From Chlamydiota bacterium (GTDB lineage: Bacteria > Chlamydiota > Chlamydiia > Chlamydiales > SM23-39), in the NCBI GenBank assembly GCA_048498835.1, contig JBEHXF010000001.1, positions 32,001-96,000 of the forward strand: 64,000 bases of DNA, given 5' to 3'. Of this stretch, positions 52,147 to 62,067 are shown one piece after another. Both the position numbers and the translations under genes were made by a program. The notes beneath the pieces were generated by a model. It worked only from the letters and a program-made list of their open reading frames with translations, was not told where the DNA came from and made no database searches. Numbering within the stretch: position 1 is the stretch's first letter; every line of letters starts with the position of its first letter.

Positions 52147-53211
52147 ATGAAAGCCCTATTTACTTATCGTGGTCAAAAAACTCTCGTCGATGTACATGAG
52201 CCACTGATGGACTCCTACTCCGTTAAAGTGAAGCTTCACTACTCCGCAATCTCATTTGGCACCGAAAACATCAACCGTGAAGGAACAACATTACTCTCTC
52301 AGGTAAAAAACAAAAATTTCTGGAAAAAAGGGCTAGAGATTCTCTACAAAAAAAAGAATCCTCTTCAGCTCATAAACAAAATAAAAAGCGTTCGAAATAC
52401 CTATAATGCCATTGGCTACAGCGCAGTGGGAGAAGTTTTAGAAATCGGGAAAAATGTCTATCAACCCTTAAAAAAAGGCGATATCGTTCATGTCGGGGGA
52501 GAGAGAGCTTTCCATGCCGAGATGGTGGTATGCCCACAAAATTTTGTATTCAAATTGGATGAAAAACACTATCAAATTCACCCTAGCCTCTATTCCTTAG
52601 CAACAATTATCAGCGTTCCAATGCATGCATTTTTACATGCAAAACAGGCGCTCCTTCAAGCACCTCCTTATTCTGCCCTAGTCATTGGAGGAGGATTAAT
52701 TGGGACATTTGCTGGCTTGATAGCAAAACAACAGAAGTTTAATACTCATTTTGATGATCCAATTGAAACGCCCTTGGCTAGCTCTTTTTTAGACAGAATC
52801 ATTCCTTCCACTCCCTATGACCTCATTCTCTGTTGCGCTACTTCGGCGAGCGGACTAGATAATTATATTTCCCTTTGTAGAGAAGGTGCCGTCTTGGCTT
52901 TAGTAGGAGAGATACCACTTCAATTGGATCGCTCGCTTCTAGAAGATAAGTACATGACGGTTCGCTTCTGTAAAAGTTTTGGTTTTGGAAGAGGAAATCA
53001 AGCCTATGAATATGGACTTGAAGAACCCAATCCCTTTTTTCCCAACAACATTCGTCAAAACATCCTAAAATCGATCGAGCACATTGACACTTGTAAACAT
53101 GAAATGATACAACATCCCGAACGGATGCAAGTGCTACGACCTGAAGAAGTTTCGAAACAAGAAGACCCACGAAAAATCAATATTATCCAATGGTCAAACC
53201 ATCTCTCCTAA
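52147..53211 (+). CDS. MDR/zinc-type alcohol dehydrogenase-like protein
   Basis: SAISFGTE, GYSAVGEV, HAE, GGGLIG and SFGFGR..YE resemble the N-terminal half of bi-domain oxidoreductases found in glycan loci. Confidence 0.65.
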   Translation: MKALFTYRGQKTLVDVHEPLMDSYSVKVKLHYSAISFGTENINREGTTLLSQVKNKNFWKKGLEILYKKKNPLQLINKIKSVRNTYNAIGYSAVGEVLEIGKNVYQPLKKGDIVHVGGERAFHAEMVVCPQNFVFKLDEKHYQIHPSLYSLATIISVPMHAFLHAKQALLQAPPYSALVIGGGLIGTFAGLIAKQQKFNTHFDDPIETPLASSFLDRIIPSTPYDLILCCATSASGLDNYISLCREGAVLALVGEIPLQLDRSLLEDKYMTVRFCKSFGFGRGNQAYEYGLEEPNPFFPNNIRQNILKSIEHIDTCKHEMIQHPERMQVLRPEEVSKQEDPRKINIIQWSNHLS

Positions 53212-53984
53212 TCATCGGCGGTGGCGGCTATATCCAAGCTGTCGTTCTTCCTATTCTTAGAAAACATTTTCCACAAGTCGATGTCCATTTGATGCTCAGG
53301 AGCCCTGCTAAGACTTTAAAAACTGCCCTCCAATTTGGGATTCACGCGGGGACTTCATTCGAAGGTCATACTCATTATTTTCTTGCTGTTCCTCCTTGTG
53401 ATTATGCGTATTATGTAAAAAAAATCCCCATGGGAGCGAGAATTTGGCTTGAAAAACCGTTATGCGGTTTAGATCTGGCATCCTACAAAGAAATCGAGTC
53501 AACATTACTTCCCAATGTAAACCGGTTTTACATTGGATATAATAAACGACAAATCGTTCCTAGACTACCAACCACCTTTCAAAACATAAGCCTCTCACTC
53601 CAAACCGAAAACTACCAACAAAACTCTTGGAAACATTTTCTCTGCGAGGGAGGTATTCAATGGATTGATGGTTGTCATCTATTCGACCTCGCACTTTTTC
53701 TTCTAGGTACTGATGCGACTGTCTCAATCGATTTATCTCAGGCTTTTTGGCAATCCACTGTGATAAAGGGGGAGCAAAAGATCGAAATCACCGTAGGTCC
53801 ATCCTGTAAAACACACATGACTCTAGATGGAACACCGATAGATTTATTTTCTCCACGCGCATCCCATGAGTTTTTCAAATTAGCCTTTGGTGAATTTTTA
53901 GCAGAAAAATCAAACGCTGTAAGTTGCTTAAAGACCACTTTTAAAATTCTAGAAACGACCCTTTCTAATCAGGCCTTATGTTGA
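53190..53984 (+). CDS. Gfo/Idh/MocA-like oxidoreductase
   Basis: Motifs IIGGGGY, LEKPL, IGYN and GCHLFD. Confidence 0.65.
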   Translation: MVKPSLLIIGGGGYIQAVVLPILRKHFPQVDVHLMLRSPAKTLKTALQFGIHAGTSFEGHTHYFLAVPPCDYAYYVKKIPMGARIWLEKPLCGLDLASYKEIESTLLPNVNRFYIGYNKRQIVPRLPTTFQNISLSLQTENYQQNSWKHFLCEGGIQWIDGCHLFDLALFLLGTDATVSIDLSQAFWQSTVIKGEQKIEITVGPSCKTHMTLDGTPIDLFSPRASHEFFKLAFGEFLAEKSNAVSCLKTTFKILETTLSNQALC

Positions 53985-54859
53985 ATCCAGCCTCTTTTTT
54001 CTTAATCGATATTGGGGCAGATGGTGGAATTCATCCCCGTTGGGAAAAGATACCCAACCTCCATTCTATTCTCTTTGAACCGAATGAACTTGGCTACGAA
54101 ACATTAAGAAAAAACGCCCCCCCCAAAAGCACTATCATACCTACGGCCATCTCTGAACGAACGGAAAAAAGGCCGTTTTATTACTGCCGTTCCCCATCCG
54201 TCTCTTCTTTACTTAAACCCAACTTAAAACTTCTTACCAAATTTCGTGATACTTCTGACTTTCAAATTGAAAAACAGGTCTTATTAAAAACTCAATCATT
54301 GGATGAAGCGCTTTCAGATCAACACATTCCAGATGCTGATTTTCTAAAAATCGACGCACAGGGAGTTACTTATCCTATTCTCAGAGGGGCCGAAAAAACC
54401 CTGGAAAAGTTGATTGGCTTAGAGGTAGAAGTGAGTTTTATTGAAGTATATGAAGGAGAAATTCTCTTTGAAGAAGTCCATCGCTACCTAAAACAAAAGG
54501 GATTTGAGTTATACAACCTTCGTCGCTGCTTTTGGAAGAGACGAAATGGCTCTTCTCATTCCAACGGACAATTGGCTTTTGCTGACGCTCTCTACTTTAA
54601 ATCTCCAGAATTTCTCCATCAAAATGGCCTACCAAGCGCAAAAATGAAAAAAGCGAGCTTAGCCTATTCTGCTTATCATCAAAGAGATCTGATGAACATC
54701 CTCGATCCTTGCCAAAAAAATAGTAGTTTGTGGACTCTTCCAGATTTTCGAGGAAAAGGAAGAATACGCAATTTTCTCTTAAAATTAGCCCGTCGATTTG
54801 AACCTAATCAAAAACAGAGCTCGCTTGACTCTACACTTTGCAACCAAATTTACGAATAA
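53978..54859 (+). CDS. FkbM family methyltransferase
   Basis: Motifs IDIGADGG, FEP, DFLKIDAQG, EVEVSF and ADALY. Confidence 0.88.
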   Translation: MLNPASFFLIDIGADGGIHPRWEKIPNLHSILFEPNELGYETLRKNAPPKSTIIPTAISERTEKRPFYYCRSPSVSSLLKPNLKLLTKFRDTSDFQIEKQVLLKTQSLDEALSDQHIPDADFLKIDAQGVTYPILRGAEKTLEKLIGLEVEVSFIEVYEGEILFEEVHRYLKQKGFELYNLRRCFWKRRNGSSHSNGQLAFADALYFKSPEFLHQNGLPSAKMKKASLAYSAYHQRDLMNILDPCQKNSSLWTLPDFRGKGRIRNFLLKLARRFEPNQKQSSLDSTLCNQIYE

Positions 54860-56580
54860 ACTTCGCTTCGATCAAAAACCTTTCCATCTTCAATTTGATA
54901 GACCCGATCACAATTCTCTAAGGTTGAACTACGATGGGAAATAAGAATAATCGTTTTAATACCCTTAAACTCTGACAACGAAGAAATAATCTGGTTCTCG
55001 GTTTCCAAGTCTAAGGCGGAAGTAGCCTCATCAAACACCAGAATTTCTCTTTGAAAATAAAATGCTCTGGCAATTCCAATTCTCTGTCTCTGTCCACCAG
55101 AAATGTGGTTTCCATTTTCACCAATATTTGTTTCGATTCCCTGGGGAAGAGTTTGAATTACCTCATCTAAGTGAGCTAAATGAATGGCTTGCTGAAGTCT
55201 TTCCTGATCAATGATTAGCTCTCCCAGAGCAATGTTTTGAGCAACGCTCATTTCAGCCAGAAAAATATCTTGAGGAATGTAAGCTAATAAGGAAAATAAA
55301 GAGGATCTACAATATTTCTTTCCATTGAGAAGGATTTCTCCTTTCTTTGGCTCCAATAATCCTAGAATCAAATTGATCAATGTCGTTTTGCCTGAGCCGG
55401 ATTTGCCTACAACTCCGATCATTTCTCCTTTTTTAAGAACGATATCGATATTATTCAATGAATTTTGCTCATTCAATGGATACTTATACGAAACATCTAC
55501 AAAACGGAGCTCCTCAAAATCGTGCATCTCTTGATGCTTTGTGGCCGGAGCACCGTTTAACTCGCTGCCGATCTTCAAGATTTTATAGAGCTTATTGACC
55601 TGTTCCGTTCCATGCCTAATTTTCGCCAGGCTTTCACTCATCGTTTTTAACGAGGGCAATAGCCTGATTGTAGCAGCACAACACACAGTCATGATCGCAA
55701 AGATATTCGATGTATCCTCAGCAAATTGCGAGCCGCAGATCAACGCAGTGACAATAGAGATAGCCAAGAGCGTCTCAATAAAATAAGAAGCACCTATGCG
55801 TATCGTAGCCTCTTTGACTACAGCAAATGAAAATAACCCCGAGGCCTTTTCAATCGAGTTTCTAAAATGGCCCTCTTTATTCAAAACCTTAATTTCTTTA
55901 TAACCTTTTATAATATAGTTAATATTTCTAATTATATCCGCATGAGAATCTTGAACCAATTGCCCTGCAAAATGCAATTTAGCCCGATTGAAACGATCGT
56001 AAATAAAGAGCACAGAAGCCAATCCGACAAAGCAACCTACAGTTAAATAAAAACCCAAGAAATAACTAAAAATCAAAACAACAGAAAGCAAAACTACAAA
56101 AGAAGCGACAAATTGTAAAAGCGGAACTAGAACTAAAATCATGAAATAGTTTGTGCTATTTACAATGGTATTAATCACACCAGAAGAGGTCTCTTGCAAA
56201 TAGAGCTCAAAAGGGACTTCTTGATGAATTCGGACCAATCGAGAAATGAGCCGATTGCATCTCTGATAACAATGACGATAAATCTGATGTACAGAAAGAA
56301 CGCCGACAACACCCCGGGCAATAAAGATGCAAATAATACAAATTCCCAGCCCGACAATAAATTTTTCAACAGACATTCCTTCTAAAAAACTCAGGTTTTT
56401 TCTAACGGACGAAGAGTTGAAAGCCGCTGGATTATTTATTAAGAGAACAAGAGGACTGAGTAAACCAATACCCAAGAGATCCAAAATCGATTGAACCACA
56501 AAGAGGAGCGAGAGAAAAAAAAATGATGATGGATCTGTCTTGAGGATAAATCTAATTTTCTGCCAGTGAGATTGTTCCAT
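54850..56580 (-). CDS. ABC transporter, fused TMD-NBD (putative glycan flippase, PglK/Wzk-like)
   Basis: Six TM segments, GKSGSGKT, ISGGQRQR, VFDEATSALD and ISHR; located in the glycan locus. Confidence 0.88.
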   Translation of the reverse strand: MEQSHWQKIRFILKTDPSSFFFLSLLFVVQSILDLLGIGLLSPLVLLINNPAAFNSSSVRKNLSFLEGMSVEKFIVGLGICIICIFIARGVVGVLSVHQIYRHCYQRCNRLISRLVRIHQEVPFELYLQETSSGVINTIVNSTNYFMILVLVPLLQFVASFVVLLSVVLIFSYFLGFYLTVGCFVGLASVLFIYDRFNRAKLHFAGQLVQDSHADIIRNINYIIKGYKEIKVLNKEGHFRNSIEKASGLFSFAVVKEATIRIGASYFIETLLAISIVTALICGSQFAEDTSNIFAIMTVCCAATIRLLPSLKTMSESLAKIRHGTEQVNKLYKILKIGSELNGAPATKHQEMHDFEELRFVDVSYKYPLNEQNSLNNIDIVLKKGEMIGVVGKSGSGKTTLINLILGLLEPKKGEILLNGKKYCRSSLFSLLAYIPQDIFLAEMSVAQNIALGELIIDQERLQQAIHLAHLDEVIQTLPQGIETNIGENGNHISGGQRQRIGIARAFYFQREILVFDEATSALDLETENQIISSLSEFKGIKTIILISHRSSTLENCDRVYQIEDGKVFDRSEVYS

Positions 56581-56727
56581 GTACCTTCAGAAGAACGTTA
56601 AAGTGATAGGACAATTTATAGGACTATGGTAAAACATATTCCCATTAAGGGACAACCTTAGGCGCCATTCCTTATGGGTAGACAGAAGTTCTCTAGTCAA
56701 AAAAATTCATAAAACACTTAAAAAATC

Positions 56728-58047
56728 ATGAAAATATCAATCTTTGGATTGGGATATGTTGGCTGTGTAAACCTCGCTTGTCTTGCAAAATGTGGATTTG
56801 ATGTTATCGGCGTAGATGTTAAACCCGATAAAGTATCAAAGGTGAATGCGGGTTTTCCCACAATTGTAGAACCTCAACTTGAAGAGCTGTTTCGCTCGCA
56901 ACGAAAGAATATTTCAGCAACAACTGACGTTCAAAGAGCTATTCTCGAAACTGATCTTTCCCTCATTTGCGTAGGCACGCCTCCCAGTCCAGATGGGCAA
57001 CTCAATCTCTCTCATATTTGGTCTGTAGGCCAACAAATAGGTGTAGCCTTAAAAAATAAAAATTCATTCCATGTTATCGCCCTTCGAAGCACCGTTCTGC
57101 CTGGCTCATCGTCTCAATTAACAGCTATACTTGAAAAAGCTTCAAGTAAAAAAGAGGGCGATGACTTTAGTGTGATTTACAATCCCGAATTCTTACGAGA
57201 AGGAAACGCGATCTACGATTACTTCCATCCAGGTCTTATTGTCCTCGGTTCTTCTGGATCTCAAAAAGCGCTTGATATGTTGGAAGCGATTTACAGTTCT
57301 ATTAAATGCCCTATAAAAATAGTGAACACAAAAATTGCAGAAATGATCAAATATGTAAATAATTCATGGCATGCATTAAAAATCGTATTTGCAAATGAAT
57401 GTTCTACTATTTGCAGAGATCTAGATATTGATTCCTATGAGTTAATGAACCTTTTTTGTGAAGACCAAAAGCTCAATCTTTCTTCAGCTTATTTAAAACC
57501 GGGCTTTGCTTATGGGGGATATTGCCTTCCTAAAGATCTCCAAGGACTCATATCGATGAGCGAAACCGGTGACGTTCCCATGCTTTCGTCCATCGCCGGA
57601 TCAAATCGCGCCCACATCATTAACATCGGCAAATGGATCTGCTCCTTCGAGAAAAAAAGAATCCTATTTTTAGGTATCAGCTTCAAAGAAGGGACTGATG
57701 ACATTCGATTTAGTCCAAAAATTGAACTAGTTCAGTATTTAATCGACAATCATCACACAGTTCATATTTACGATAAAAACATCACACACTCAATTAAAAA
57801 CAACTTAAACAAAACCTATTTAGAAGATCAATTAGGTCATCTGAATAACCACCTGGTGCATGAACTCTCCAGCATCATCGATGAAATCGATCTCATCGTC
57901 CTCGCAAATCTAGAAACGGATTATGTTAAGATTGCTGAAGAGCACAGTTCCCATTTGCTCATTTTAGAACTAACAAAAACCCCCCTTAAATCTTCCTATG
58001 GCTATGCTTGGAAACAATGCAATGCCAGCATGCAGCAATATTTATGA
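56728..58047 (+). CDS. Nucleotide-sugar dehydrogenase (GDP-mannose/UDP-glucose 6-dehydrogenase family, AlgD-like)
   Basis: Motifs IFGLGYVG, CVGTP, NPEFLREG, AEMIKY, GGYCLPKD and SFKEGTDD.R.SP. Confidence 0.92.
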   Translation: MKISIFGLGYVGCVNLACLAKCGFDVIGVDVKPDKVSKVNAGFPTIVEPQLEELFRSQRKNISATTDVQRAILETDLSLICVGTPPSPDGQLNLSHIWSVGQQIGVALKNKNSFHVIALRSTVLPGSSSQLTAILEKASSKKEGDDFSVIYNPEFLREGNAIYDYFHPGLIVLGSSGSQKALDMLEAIYSSIKCPIKIVNTKIAEMIKYVNNSWHALKIVFANECSTICRDLDIDSYELMNLFCEDQKLNLSSAYLKPGFAYGGYCLPKDLQGLISMSETGDVPMLSSIAGSNRAHIINIGKWICSFEKKRILFLGISFKEGTDDIRFSPKIELVQYLIDNHHTVHIYDKNITHSIKNNLNKTYLEDQLGHLNNHLVHELSSIIDEIDLIVLANLETDYVKIAEEHSSHLLILELTKTPLKSSYGYAWKQCNASMQQYL

Positions 58048-58766
58048 CCTATAAAGAGGATATCGATCAATTTTGGGGCAATCAATGGCTAACCAATCAA
58101 AAAGGGCTAGAAATATCTTCTTACCTCACCCAATACAAATTCATCCGTTTTATTAAACCCATCTTAGATCTCTTGCCCCTCCAGAGTAAAGTTTGCGAAA
58201 TTGGTTCAGGAAACTGCCAATGGCTCTCCTATATACGTTCATATCGTCCTGATTTACAACTCTATGGCATCGATTTAGCCGATTCGGCGCAGCAATTTGC
58301 CTCAAAGTTTGGAATCACTTGTATCCAGTCAGATATACGCGATACTCCTCTCCAGAGCAGCTATTTTGAATTTACCTATAGCTGGGGAGTCATTGAACAC
58401 ATGTTAGATAGCGACCGAGCATTTAGCGAACAATATCGTATTTCTCGAACTTTCGTAGTTGTAGACGTTCCTTGCCGAAATTCCTTACCCTCTTTTCAAA
58501 TTCGGAGGAATATCAGAAAAAGGAACCTAACCGACTATGAGGCGATGATTGAATTTGGACGCCTATTTACACGTTCCGAATTTCGAAACCTGATTAAAAG
58601 CGTTTGTAATCCAACCGATTCCATTCAGTTTATGAATAACTTTTTAGCGTTCCCAAATAAATCAATCTTGGGTTGCAATATCGGTCATGTGCTCGATCGA
58701 TTAACGCCCGGGGTCCTTCGTTCTCTAATCGGCCAGAACATTGGAGCTATCATTCAAAAGAAATAG
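58044..58766 (+). CDS. Class I SAM-dependent methyltransferase
   Basis: Motifs EIGSGN, YGIDL and SWGVIEH; ATGA overlap with the upstream gene. Confidence 0.85.
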   Translation: MTYKEDIDQFWGNQWLTNQKGLEISSYLTQYKFIRFIKPILDLLPLQSKVCEIGSGNCQWLSYIRSYRPDLQLYGIDLADSAQQFASKFGITCIQSDIRDTPLQSSYFEFTYSWGVIEHMLDSDRAFSEQYRISRTFVVVDVPCRNSLPSFQIRRNIRKRNLTDYEAMIEFGRLFTRSEFRNLIKSVCNPTDSIQFMNNFLAFPNKSILGCNIGHVLDRLTPGVLRSLIGQNIGAIIQKK

Positions 58767-58838
58767 AAATTTGGTTTTTTCAGTTAATCAGGCATGATTG
58801 CGCTCTATTAATTTGATTTTTAGGATCGGAGTGTCGCT

Positions 58839-59585
58839 TTGAAAATTTCCGCAACAATTTTAACCCATAATAGCGAAGCCACGATTGGGAAAACACTCCA
58901 CTCAATCCGAGATCTTCTAGATGAACTCATCATCGTCGATGATGAGTCAAAAGATACAACATTGGATATTGTTCGCTCCATTTGCCCTGGCGCTAAAATC
59001 TTGCATCGTAAATTAGATAATTTCGCTCAGCAGCGAAATTTCAGTCTTTCTCACTGTACTTCGGACTGGATTCTCATCATCGATTCAGACGAATTTTTAA
59101 GTGAGGAGCTCAAAGCGGCCATCCGTTCTGAAATTGCTAAACCCAGATCCGATATTTTCATTTGCATGAGACTCAATCGCAATTTAGCCGGTTGGGGAAA
59201 AGCCAAAATGGATCGCCCTATTTTAATCCGCAAAGGACTTGAGTTCGTCAATCCGCTCCACGAAACTGTCGTAGGGGAAAAAAAGATGCTCTCGGGCAAT
59301 CTTTACCACGATTGTTGGACAAATATTCACGATTGGGCCGAAGATATGCAAATTTATTCAGCATGGAAAGCTCGCAATTGGGCCGCTGACGATCCAAATC
59401 GGTCGATTCTCTTTCTCACTTTCAGACAATTCGCAGCTGCAGGCTATCTATTTCTGAAACGATTTTTTGCTGAGAAGCGCTACAAACAAGGTCTAGGTGG
59501 TTTTCTCTATTGTTTTACCTGGTCTTTTGAAGAATTCCTGGTCCTTTTGAAGTATTACGAACTGACACACAAAAATGAAAAATAA
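58839..59585 (+). CDS. Glycosyltransferase family 2 (LPS beta-glucosyltransferase-like)
   Basis: Motifs ILTHN, VDDESKD.T, NFAQQRN, IDSDE and LHE. Confidence 0.88.
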   Translation: MKISATILTHNSEATIGKTLHSIRDLLDELIIVDDESKDTTLDIVRSICPGAKILHRKLDNFAQQRNFSLSHCTSDWILIIDSDEFLSEELKAAIRSEIAKPRSDIFICMRLNRNLAGWGKAKMDRPILIRKGLEFVNPLHETVVGEKKMLSGNLYHDCWTNIHDWAEDMQIYSAWKARNWAADDPNRSILFLTFRQFAAAGYLFLKRFFAEKRYKQGLGGFLYCFTWSFEEFLVLLKYYELTHKNEK

Positions 59586-60558
59586 AAAAGTTTTAGTTAC
59601 TGGTGCAGAAGGTTTCATCGGCTCCCATTTGACAGAACTTTTATCCCAGCAATGCGCTCATGTTCGCGCACTCCATCTCTACAATTCCTTCAATGATTGG
59701 GGCTGGCTTGAAACAATCGATACCAGCGGAATTGAAATCATTTCGGGAGATATCCGCGATCCACAATCTTGTCGAGAAATGGTAAGAGATATCGATCACA
59801 TTTTCCATCTTGCAGCGCTGATTGCAATTCCCTACTCTTACAAAGCTCCGCTCAGTTATGTGCACACCAATATTTTAGGCACAGTGAATCTCTGTCAGGC
59901 TGCTTTAGATGAAGAATGTGAAAAAATCATCCATACTTCTACTTCAGAAGTTTACGGAACGGCACTTGCGGTACCCATATCCGAAAGTCATCCACTTCAA
60001 CCCCAATCTCCCTATAGCGCCAGTAAGATTGGCGCGGATGCTATGGCCCTTAGTTTTTTTCATTCTTTCAACTTACCACTTGTCGTCGCCAGACCATTCA
60101 ACACTTATGGCCCTCGTCAGTCCGCTCGTGCTATCATTCCCACCATTATTTCACAGATCGCCGAAGGGAAAGATGTGATTCAAGTAGGTGATTTGACCCC
60201 CACAAGAGATCTTACCTATGTAAAAGACACCTGCGCCGGCTTGATCCATTTAGCAAATACGAGCCATATCTTGGGCCAGACGATCAATATTGGGTCAAAT
60301 TTTGAAGTCTCAATGGGTGATTTATTTGCAAAAATACAAAACTTGATGGGATCAAACTGCCAATTTATTCAAGATCCGCAGCGGATGAGACCCAAAGGTT
60401 CAGAGGTTTTACGTCTCTGGTGTGATAATCAACGTTTGCAATCTTTAACAGGCTTTACTCCAGCCTACACCTTGGAAGAAGGGTTAAAAGAGACCATTGA
60501 ATGGTTTACACTGCCAGATAACCTCAAACGTTATAAAACCGGGTTATACAATGTCTAA
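59575..60558 (+). CDS. NDP-sugar 4,6-dehydratase (LegB-like)
   Basis: TGAEGFIG, YNSFN.WGWL, HLAALIAIPYSY, TSTSEVYGTA, YSASK and RP..SEV.RL resemble LegB-type enzymes. Confidence 0.88.
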   Translation: MKNKKVLVTGAEGFIGSHLTELLSQQCAHVRALHLYNSFNDWGWLETIDTSGIEIISGDIRDPQSCREMVRDIDHIFHLAALIAIPYSYKAPLSYVHTNILGTVNLCQAALDEECEKIIHTSTSEVYGTALAVPISESHPLQPQSPYSASKIGADAMALSFFHSFNLPLVVARPFNTYGPRQSARAIIPTIISQIAEGKDVIQVGDLTPTRDLTYVKDTCAGLIHLANTSHILGQTINIGSNFEVSMGDLFAKIQNLMGSNCQFIQDPQRMRPKGSEVLRLWCDNQRLQSLTGFTPAYTLEEGLKETIEWFTLPDNLKRYKTGLYNV

Positions 60559-61258
60559 ACGAGCCATTATTCTAGCTGGCGGCAAAGGGACAAGACTAAA
60601 ACCTTTTACAATCGCAATCCCCAAACCACTCGTCCCCGTAGGGGATTACACTATTTTAGAAATCATCATTCGACAGCTCGCCTTTTACGGCTTTACTCAT
60701 GTAACCATAGCCCTCAATCACCATGCAGAATTGATCCAGGCTTTTTTTCAAAACGGCGACAAATGGAAAATCAAAATCGATTATTCGCGAGAACAAACTC
60801 CCTTAAGTACCATGGGACCTTTAAAATTGATTCCCGATCTTCCTGAAAATTTCCTCGTTATGAATGGCGATATTCTCACTGATATGGACTATTCCCAGTT
60901 TTTTGATTTCCATGCTGGGGGAAACCACCTATTCACTATTGCCGCTTGTAGTAGAGAGCTTAAAAGCGAGTACGGCGTACTCAATATCGAAGGACAAAAT
61001 CTTGTGGGATTTGAAGAGAAGCCAGTTCTAAAATACAACGTCAGCATGGGTATTTACTGTGCCAGTCATTCTGTTCTCGATTATATACCTCAGGGACAAC
61101 CCTATGGCTTTGATCATCTCATGTTAAATCTGATTGGGAAAAAACTACCTGCTAACATCTATCGTTTCAATGGATACTGGCTTGATATCGGTAGACCTGA
61201 TGATTACGCCCAAGCCATAGATGAATTTCACTTGAAACAAGGAATGTACCTAAAATGA
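60551..61258 (+). CDS. Sugar-phosphate nucleotidyltransferase
   Basis: Motifs LAGGKGTRL, PKPLV, VMNGD, FEEKP and WLDIG. Confidence 0.9.
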   Translation: MSKRAIILAGGKGTRLKPFTIAIPKPLVPVGDYTILEIIIRQLAFYGFTHVTIALNHHAELIQAFFQNGDKWKIKIDYSREQTPLSTMGPLKLIPDLPENFLVMNGDILTDMDYSQFFDFHAGGNHLFTIAACSRELKSEYGVLNIEGQNLVGFEEKPVLKYNVSMGIYCASHSVLDYIPQGQPYGFDHLMLNLIGKKLPANIYRFNGYWLDIGRPDDYAQAIDEFHLKQGMYLK

Positions 61259-62067
61259 GCATCCTCGTTACTGGATCTCGTGGGTTTTTAGGAAAAGCAT
61301 TGATGAAGCGCCTCGGTTCTGAAGCCATCGCCTTTGAAGGGGATGTTTGTGAGGCCCAGGCATTTGAGCTTTACAATCAGATGAAACATGTCTTCCACCT
61401 CGCTTCCAAAACTTTTGTTCCCAAAAGTTGGCAAGATCCTCACTCTTTCTACAAAACTTCTCTTTTAGGGACCTTAAACGTCTTACAATTTTGCCAAAGA
61501 ACCCAAAGCTCCTTAACTTATGTAAGCTCGTATATCTATGGAGCGGCAGACCGATTCCCGATTGATGAAAAAGCAGCTCCTAAACCTCATAATCCCTATG
61601 CTCATGGGAAACATCTCGCTGAACAGCTTTGTGAATATTATTCGCTCAATCTAGGAGTAAAAATAATTATTTTACGCCCATTTAATATTTACGGACCCGA
61701 GCAAGGTACTGATTTTTTAATTCCAACGCTGATTAGACAGCTACAAAATCCTACAATGTCCATCGGCCATGCAACGCCAAAAAGAGATTATGTTTTTGTA
61801 GAGGATGTGGTTGACGCCCTCCTTCTTTCTATGCATCGAACCGAGCCTTTTAATATCTACAATATTGGATCTGGAAAGTCGGCATCAGTCTTGGAAGTAG
61901 CTCAAATGCTGAAAAAACTCTCGGGCAGTCAAGCTGAAATTTCCTATACAAACATCCCTCGGAAAAATGAAATTGCTGATACACAAGCCAATATCGAAAA
62001 AGCCTGCTCAGAGTTAGGGTGGACACCGAAAACCTCACTCGAAGAAGGGCTAAAAAGGCTACTATGA
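61255..62067 (+). CDS. NAD-dependent epimerase/dehydratase
   Basis: Motifs TGSRGFLG, YAHGK, RPFNIYGP, RDYVFVED and YNIGSG. Confidence 0.9.
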   Translation: MSILVTGSRGFLGKALMKRLGSEAIAFEGDVCEAQAFELYNQMKHVFHLASKTFVPKSWQDPHSFYKTSLLGTLNVLQFCQRTQSSLTYVSSYIYGAADRFPIDEKAAPKPHNPYAHGKHLAEQLCEYYSLNLGVKIIILRPFNIYGPEQGTDFLIPTLIRQLQNPTMSIGHATPKRDYVFVEDVVDALLLSMHRTEPFNIYNIGSGKSASVLEVAQMLKKLSGSQAEISYTNIPRKNEIADTQANIEKACSELGWTPKTSLEEGLKRLL

